NCBI GenBank assembly: GCA_009914755.4
Contig: CP086569.2
Coordinates: 24,544,001 to 24,608,000 of the forward strand
DNA from: the human T2T-CHM13v2.0 reference genome, Homo sapiens
DNA length: 64,000 nt
Reading direction: 5' to 3'
Positions 57,101 through 64,000 of the stretch are shown piece after piece. The translations under genes and the position numbers were made by a program. The notes below the pieces were generated by a model. It saw only the letters and a list, made by a program, of their open reading frames with translations. It did not search any database and was not told where the DNA came from. Within the stretch, counting starts at the first letter, position 1. Every line of letters starts with the position of its first letter.

Positions 57101-60100
57101 GTGTGGGCAGTGAGGAGGCTGAGGGACCCCAGGCCCAGAGGCATTAACCTTTTCAGCTTACGGCAGTCCCAGGGAACTCATCATTCAGCCCCGATCCCAG
57201 AACCAGACGGGTCGTTCAAGGTCAAGTGGTGGGGCTGGTGCAGAAATCCACCCTCAGTGCCCCCTACACACAGCTCTGGGGATGGCGCACACACGTCTTT
57301 CACCTGCTCCCACCGAGTGGAAACCTGCCCCCCAACCCCGAACCTCCCACGATCAGTCCCACTTCTGCTCTGTGCCTGCATTGGGTTAGGGCCCTGGGGG
57401 CTCTCCTATCACAAGTGCAGGGCACGGGCAACACAGCTGCCCAGGGAGGCCCCTGCTGGGCACCAGGACAGCTCCTCCCACCCCTGCCCTGACCTCAGCC
57501 TTGAGACAGAGTCAGGGAGATGGAGGTGGACAAGGACAGGGGCTCTGAGGGGGAGGGAGGATGTGAGCCAGGAGAGAAGGGAGGTGGGGCCGGGTGGGAG
57601 TGAAACAGGGAGATGGGGGGCAATGAGAGAGAGGGGGAGTCACTAAGCCAGAGATGGTGAAGGATGTGAGAGGGGCTAGGATGGTGAGAGTCAGACCCAG
57701 AGACACACAGAGAGGATGCTAGAAAGAACAAGAGAAACAAAAAAAGGTCAGAGGGTCAGGAAAGGCAGCCAGGCTCTGCAACTCTCCCAAGTCAGGAGGG
57801 AGGCAACTCACCTGGGGTGTGAGCGAGGAACCCTGGCCTAGAGAGGATGCTGTGTGACCCCGCCCAGGCACCCCACCTCTCTGAGCCTCAGCTGCTGGTT
57901 TCTAAAGCAGGGGGACCGGCCCTGTCTCTGAGAGGGCCCTTAGGCTCCGCAGGGAGGCTGGCCTGGTCCCTTTCTTCCTTCTACTCCCCTGAGTCATGTG
58001 GGCCTGCAGATGGGGGTGGGGGTCTCCCTTCCAGGGCCCTGAGTGGGCAGACCAGGTGAAAGAGGAAAGTTGCTGTGGGGCTGGTGTCGTGTGCTGCAGC
58101 TGTGAGCATGGAGTGATGGAGCGTTTGCCCTGAATATTGAAAATACATAAATATCCATTGTCAGGCACCAAGGCAGATATAAATACAGAAGGGAGGGTGT
58201 GCAGCCCTCAGCCATAATTTACCGGCTCTGCTACCCGCGGGGGCTTGGGCACTTGCACTTGGCCATCAAGAGGCTTTTCCAGATGGCTTTATGACCACCA
58301 GTGGCCACCTGGATCCCTTCTCCTGGAGAAGTGGCTCCTTGGGATCCACCGCCTGGGGTGAGGTGGGGCAAGGCAGGGTGTGTCATTCCTAGGTCTGCTC
58401 CGTCCTAGGCCTTTGGGGCCTCTCCCACCTTCTCCTCCTCCAGCATCTCCTTGTTTGGGAGGGACGGAACCACATCTGTATCAGGCCTGGTGTGTACCCA
58501 GCCCTGGTGCACTTGGATAAAATCACAGGTGTTCCATTCCTGCCCATGGGCACTTCCAGGCTGCGAAGCAGAGATGACACCCTAGGTCCTGCCCTTAAGA
58601 ACTCACCCAAGGGAAACGGATGGTGGAAGGGTCTGGAGAAGCCAGTATGGGGCAAGACCCGGGTCCACTCTGGAGCAGGCCAGAGAGGAGAGACACATGG
58701 CCAATGGTGGCCTCCAAGAGTCTGGCTACAGCCCAGCACACCCAAAGCCCTCAGCCTGGAGGGGAAGCAGCAGGACCTGGGGTGGAGGTCACGGCCCGCT
58801 GGCAGGCAGCTCTCTCTCTGACATCCTCCTGAGAGGACATGGGTCTTGCCCCATGCTGGCTTATCCAGAACCTTCCACCGTCTAAGAAATGTGCTCATTC
58901 TCGATGAGTAGACAAATGGAGGCCCCAAGGCAATTCCCTGCCTTTCCTCCCAGAGCTGGAGCTGGGACTTGAGCACCCTGATCCCTGCCACCTTCACATG
59001 CTGAGGGGCATCTTTCTCTTTGGGTTGGGACTCTGTGTTCAGGGCACTCACCTTCCCACAGCAGAAAGCCACCAGCCTCTATTGGGGGGTGTGGAGCATT
59101 CTCCCTTCCAGGGTGCCCAAGCCTCCTTTTCCCAGGAAATGGAGGCTGGGCTTCCCTGCCCTGAGCAGGAGGCTGCACTGGGAGGCAGGGGCTGGACAGC
59201 CACCTGCTGCCTGGGCCGAGGGTGGAACCTGTTTGTGTGGGATGCAGGCATTGAATCATGAACACGCCAGGTTGAGTGGCCCAGGGCCCTGCACAGAGCA
59301 GGGGCTGGGATCAGGTGGCATTGGTGGGGAGGGGCCGGGGGGATGCTCCGTGGAGGGAGGGCTGAGGCTGAGGTGGGGGTAGCAGAACCGCGCCTCCTAT
59401 TCCTTGCCTGCCTCTCTCATGTTTCCCTCCCCCACTGTCAACAGGGGCTCTCTGAGGCAGAGTCCTCACAGAGAGTGATGCCTGCCCGGGCCCTGCCCTC
59501 CAGGCCTGTTCTGCCAGAAACACCCACAGGTCAGGGCATCCAGGTGCCTGGATGGACAGCCACAGGCCAACTGCCTGGCCAGCCGCAGTCTTGGCCGGCC
59601 GCTCTCCTGTGGCTGCAGAAAGTGAGAGGTACTGCAGCCGCCAGCCCCCGCTACCCCGCCGCCAGGCTCTCCTGTCTGTCCTAGTCCTCGCATCAGGTGC
59701 AAGGGCACAGGCCACAGTGGAGTCTCTGGGTCTTCCCCGGGTGACTTTGCTGTTGGCTCTGGGCCCCACACTGGCCCTTCTGTGCCATCTGGGTGGCAGG
59801 ATAGACGTCTGCGGGGCACATTCTCCACACCCCCTTGCATGCTGCTCCTGGTTCAGTTCTTCTAAGAGGAGGTGCTGGCAGGCTCCCGCACCTGCATGAC
59901 ATGTGCCTCTCAGCGGTTCCAGCATCAGCTCAGTGGCAGTTCCAGGAGCACAGCAGCGAGTGCAGGCTGTGGGCTCCAACTCAGGGCATCTCTGGATCTG
60001 CTTCCTCCTCCCAGCCCTTCCCCCATCACCTCAGCAGCCTGGCCGTCCTGGAACTCCCAGGATGCTTCTCAAAATGGCTCTAAAGCCCTTATTCCTCACT

Positions 60101-62231
60101 TCTTCCTGGAGGGGGCCCCACCTTGGCTCTGGGTGGCAGGAAAAGCTCTTCTCCCCTCTGCGGGAATGATCCCACTTTGCCAGTTAAATGGAATGGTCTT
60201 CCCCGAATCTGTTATCTGGGTCATGTGTGTGCAGCCAGGCCTCCAGTGGCAGTGGTAACAGGGTCCTCTCCCCACTGGCTGCTCCCCAGGGTCTCCTCTG
60301 CTCTCTCCTCCCTTCTCATGGGCTTCTTCATCTTCCTTGGGGTTCTGCTCCCCCATAGCTCAGGGTCCCCCAAGTTACTAGGGTGACAGTCTGGCCTGAG
60401 TCATTTATGATCAGGCCAGAGGTTCTGCATGTCCCAGGCTTGGCCTCTGGGGTCAGATACTCATTGCCTTCTGCAGGGCAACCAGGAACCATGGGGACCT
60501 GGGGGTGAGGCAGTCTTCCTTAGTTCAGGGTGGGAAGCAGGCAGGGGCCTCAACCACAGGCAAACTAGCAACTGAGATGGCATCAGCAGCCCTGCTCACA
60601 GTCGACCCTTGCATCGGCTCCACCTACCCCACCCAGGCTGCACCAATGCCTGCTGTATGCCCAGCACCAGGCTGGGCTTATGGCGGAACCAGATGAACAG
60701 GACTCAGACCCTGTTCTGGAGGAGCTGAGGGTCTCATAGGGGAGACATAGACTCCTCAGATGCCCGAATACCAGGCTGTAAGGAGCATGAGGTGCGCAGG
60801 GAAGGGAGAACTCAGCTCTGGCTGAGGAGCTGGGGATGCTTCATGTAGCGGGGGATATTTGACTTGAGCCACAAGGTGAGATTTTAATGCATGGTTGGTT
60901 CCAGGGTTGCTGGAAACATCCCAGAGAGAATAGAACCACCGTAACAAAGGCCCGGCTCGGTAGCAGGGTGGGAAGAGCTGACTACTAACCACCAGCCTAA
61001 CTTGTTTAGTGAGAACGCTCAGAGCAGTGGGGATTAACCAAAAAGTGGGTGGTCGGGTTTTGAGCCCCTGGTGCCCTGACCTGCTTCTCCTCCTCCTGCT
61101 TGCCCAGGTCCTCTGGGGCTTCTCTCCCGTGGTCGCCATGGGAACTCCAGGTGGCTGAAGTTTACTTGAGCCTAGCTCCCTGAGATGGGCTGTGGGTCAG
61201 GGGAGGTGGAGGGAACTGGTCCCCAGCCTGGGCTCTGAGCACCCCTCCCCTGGGTCCCAGAGTCTCCATCTGAGCTCTGCCCATTTAGCCCTCACCCGGT
61301 GTCTTCCTCGCCTCCTCCCTCCCCCACACTCCACACAGCCTTCCAGTCACCAAGTTCTGACTGTTCCTTCCACTTGTAAAATCTCCCTGGGAGGCATCCA
61401 CTCTGCACCCACCTCCCTGCCTCAGGCCTGGCTCCACCCCTTCCCTCTCCTCTGGATGACAGCAGGGGCCTCCTAGGGGGTCTGGCTCCTTCAGTCTGCT
61501 CTTCCTGGGTGCTGCTGCTGTCCTCCTGACCAGTGTCTGGCAGTCTGGCAGCTCCTCTGCCCCTCCCTACCCCAGCCTGGGTTCCCACCACCCTGGGATG
61601 GCTGAGTCTGTGAAATGGGTGGAGTGGTGTGTTGAGCTCCGCTTCTAGAACTGCATTCTATGGGGCAGTAGCATCTTTCTGGAATTAACAGGTATACCTT
61701 GAAAATGGGTTCCATGTGGAATTGGTTTGGGAAGCGCTGCACAGCCTCTGCCTCCTGGATACTCACAAGGCACTGTAACAGGTGAAAGGCTCCCAGAGGT
61801 CCTGGAGTAAAGAAGTCTGTTTTGATTTATTTAACCCCGAGATTCCCAGAGTGTTTTGGCTCTAAATAAGGAATGTCTATGAATAACTCCAGGAACAAGT
61901 TTCTCTGGACCAACCTTTGGAAAATGCTGGAGGAGCCATAAAGTGTGGTGCCTTGTCTTTGGGGATCTGGGGTCCTGAGGCCTGCTTCCCCCATCTGGCA
62001 TGCCGGGGTTCACACAGGTGCACAGGCTGATATGGAGCTGAGGAAGCACTGGAAAATTGGGCCGCACCATGGATGCCTTGCTTCCATCTCCTGGCGCACA
62101 GCATGGTTCCTGGATATGTTTTGTTTAAACCGCACGTTCTTTTGAAATTTGACCTGGTTGTCAACATTTAAAACTTGGGAGATTCCACCACAAATTCTGC
62201 ATTTTAAAGTTCTCTTAAAACATGAGGAGCC

Positions 62232-62600
<369 letters not shown>

Positions 62601-64000
62601 TTACATGCAAAGCACCCAGCCTGCAAGCAGACAGTTTCCCTCCCTGGCGTGGGCTGAGCCCCCGAAAACACTGGAGTTTCTGACCTCTGTCATGGGGAAT
62701 ATGGGGCTTTCTTCAACAAATTCCTCTTTACGATGGTGACTTATGCCTGACCCACCCTTCTCTTGGGGTGTCCTTCTTTGAGGGGCTGAGGCAGGTGGGG
62801 CCTGCTGGCTCCAGCATGTTCCTTACCTCCCATGAAGTACCATGTACATGGTGCAGTCTAGGCTATGAAGTCCACTAGGCTACCCCACCATTACCCTTGG
62901 TTCCCATGACGGGGGTGCCAGAGTGGCCCAGGGGCAGCAGGGCTATGGGAGACAGAGGGAGGGCCTGCCACAGCCTCCTCTCCTGTGACCACCTGGCGGC
63001 TCAGCTGACAGGAGAGTCACAGCTGCTCAGGTCACCCTGGTCACTGGAGCATGCTGGGTGGGAGAACCACTCCCTGCAAGAGCGAAAAGCTGAGAACACT
63101 GCCAACCGTGCTGGCACCCCTGAGCCAGCCCGCCGCTGCAGAGAGCCCTCTACAAAGAGCCCGCTCTGTGCTGATGGAGGCTGGAACCTGGGGAAATCTG
63201 GCTCAGGGCTGCTTGCTGGGGCTCAGGGTGGGGTGGGGCTGTGGCCCTCCACAACCCTGCCCTGGGATGACCGTGGGTGAAACAGAACCCTGACTTGCAG
63301 GCCCCAGTCTGAGGTGGAGGGAGGGGGCCCAGACCAACCTCACCCGAATGTTAGGATAACAGGAATTTCCTGCCAGGATGAGGCTGGCACTGGTTTCGGT
63401 TCTGTCCTGAGTGGAGGGGGAGGTCAGTAGTGGACTCTCCAATCAGTGGGGCCTTCACGGGCTCTGGTCGGAAGTTCCCACATGCCCCCATCAGGAGGTC
63501 TGACTCTGGCCACCTCCTGCCTCGCCTGAGCCTGTCCTGCTCATTGCCCTCCCCTTCTAAGCCTGTCCGAACACCCCTACCTTGGGGACCCCTCCTGTGT
63601 CTTCCTTCTCCAGGAAGCCCCTCTGATCCTCCCCCTCAGAGCTCTAGCCCTCCTCCAAGCTCCATCCCTGCCCTATCCCAGCCTTCCTATACAGCCCCAC
63701 AAGTCAAAAAATCGTGACTAAAATAAAATATCTCCCTGACAAAAAACTAAAAAAAAAAGACACTGAAGTCCCAATTAAGACTAAAAAAATTAAAAAAAAA
63801 TAAAGTATCCTTTTTAAAAGTGGCCACTGTAAAGCCTCCAAAACCCATTCCATTAACTTAAAAAACAAAAAAAACCTATATACGTAAATCAGTGGCCACT
63901 ACCAAAACACAAACTAAAAACTTTACACTTACTAACAAAAAAATTTAAAAAAAAAAATTGAGCCTTCATTTTCGCCTTAAAATTCTCCTATGTTTATAAT

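Noticed and set aside
55740-59979. ORFs of 194-227 aa (55740..56324+, 56365..57033+, 58389..59072-, 59311..59979-) as candidate genes
   Set aside because: They lie in GC-rich, low-complexity sequence where stop codons are rare, and their translations are Pro/Arg/Gly/Cys/His-rich. One is the CA/TG tract read as 'HTHT..CTRTC..'. I see no recognisable domain, and both strands stay open simultaneously. This is insufficient to call coding. It is flagged only as a region to check.

Overview
This window looks like primate (human-like) nuclear DNA, not a prokaryotic locus. It is dense in Alu SINEs (about 30 copies or fragments), L1 LINEs, MaLR LTRs and MIR remnants, so I do not expect operons, CRISPR arrays or defence systems here. 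From 0 to 37 kb it is AT-rich and dominated by transposons. That stretch includes a full-length but ORF-dead L1PA element (18,137-24,200) inserted into an ancient MLT1-type LTR with a clean 15-bp target-site duplication, plus a solo THE1/MST LTR.

At about 37.3 kb the sequence switches to GC-rich DNA. Here sits the most notable feature, an intron-less, frameshifted copy of the capicua transcriptional repressor gene (CIC, short isoform). It runs from the CIC-S 5' end through the HMG box to the C1 motif on the + strand (37,305-39,640). A convergent, inverted block (39,641-40,165, read on the - strand) follows, carrying the C1 motif and the C-terminal tail. This block is bounded by a 33-bp inverted repeat and a ~105-bp direct repeat. 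This matches what I would expect of the CICP (capicua pseudogene) family of human subtelomeric duplication blocks, but I cannot confirm the locus without a search.

Immediately downstream are a degenerate GC-rich minisatellite arranged as a large imperfect inverted repeat (41.3-42.5 kb) and a 49-bp tandem array of about 4.5 units fused to an Alu tail. Other points of interest are a near-perfect 125-bp AT-rich palindrome (29,649-29,775), several young Alu insertions with intact target-site duplications, and a GC-rich block at 55-63.7 kb with CA/TG-rich and polypurine low-complexity tracts. I could not demonstrate a protein-coding host gene anywhere in the window. All long ORFs are transposon-derived, repeat-derived, or GC-rich low-complexity artefacts.
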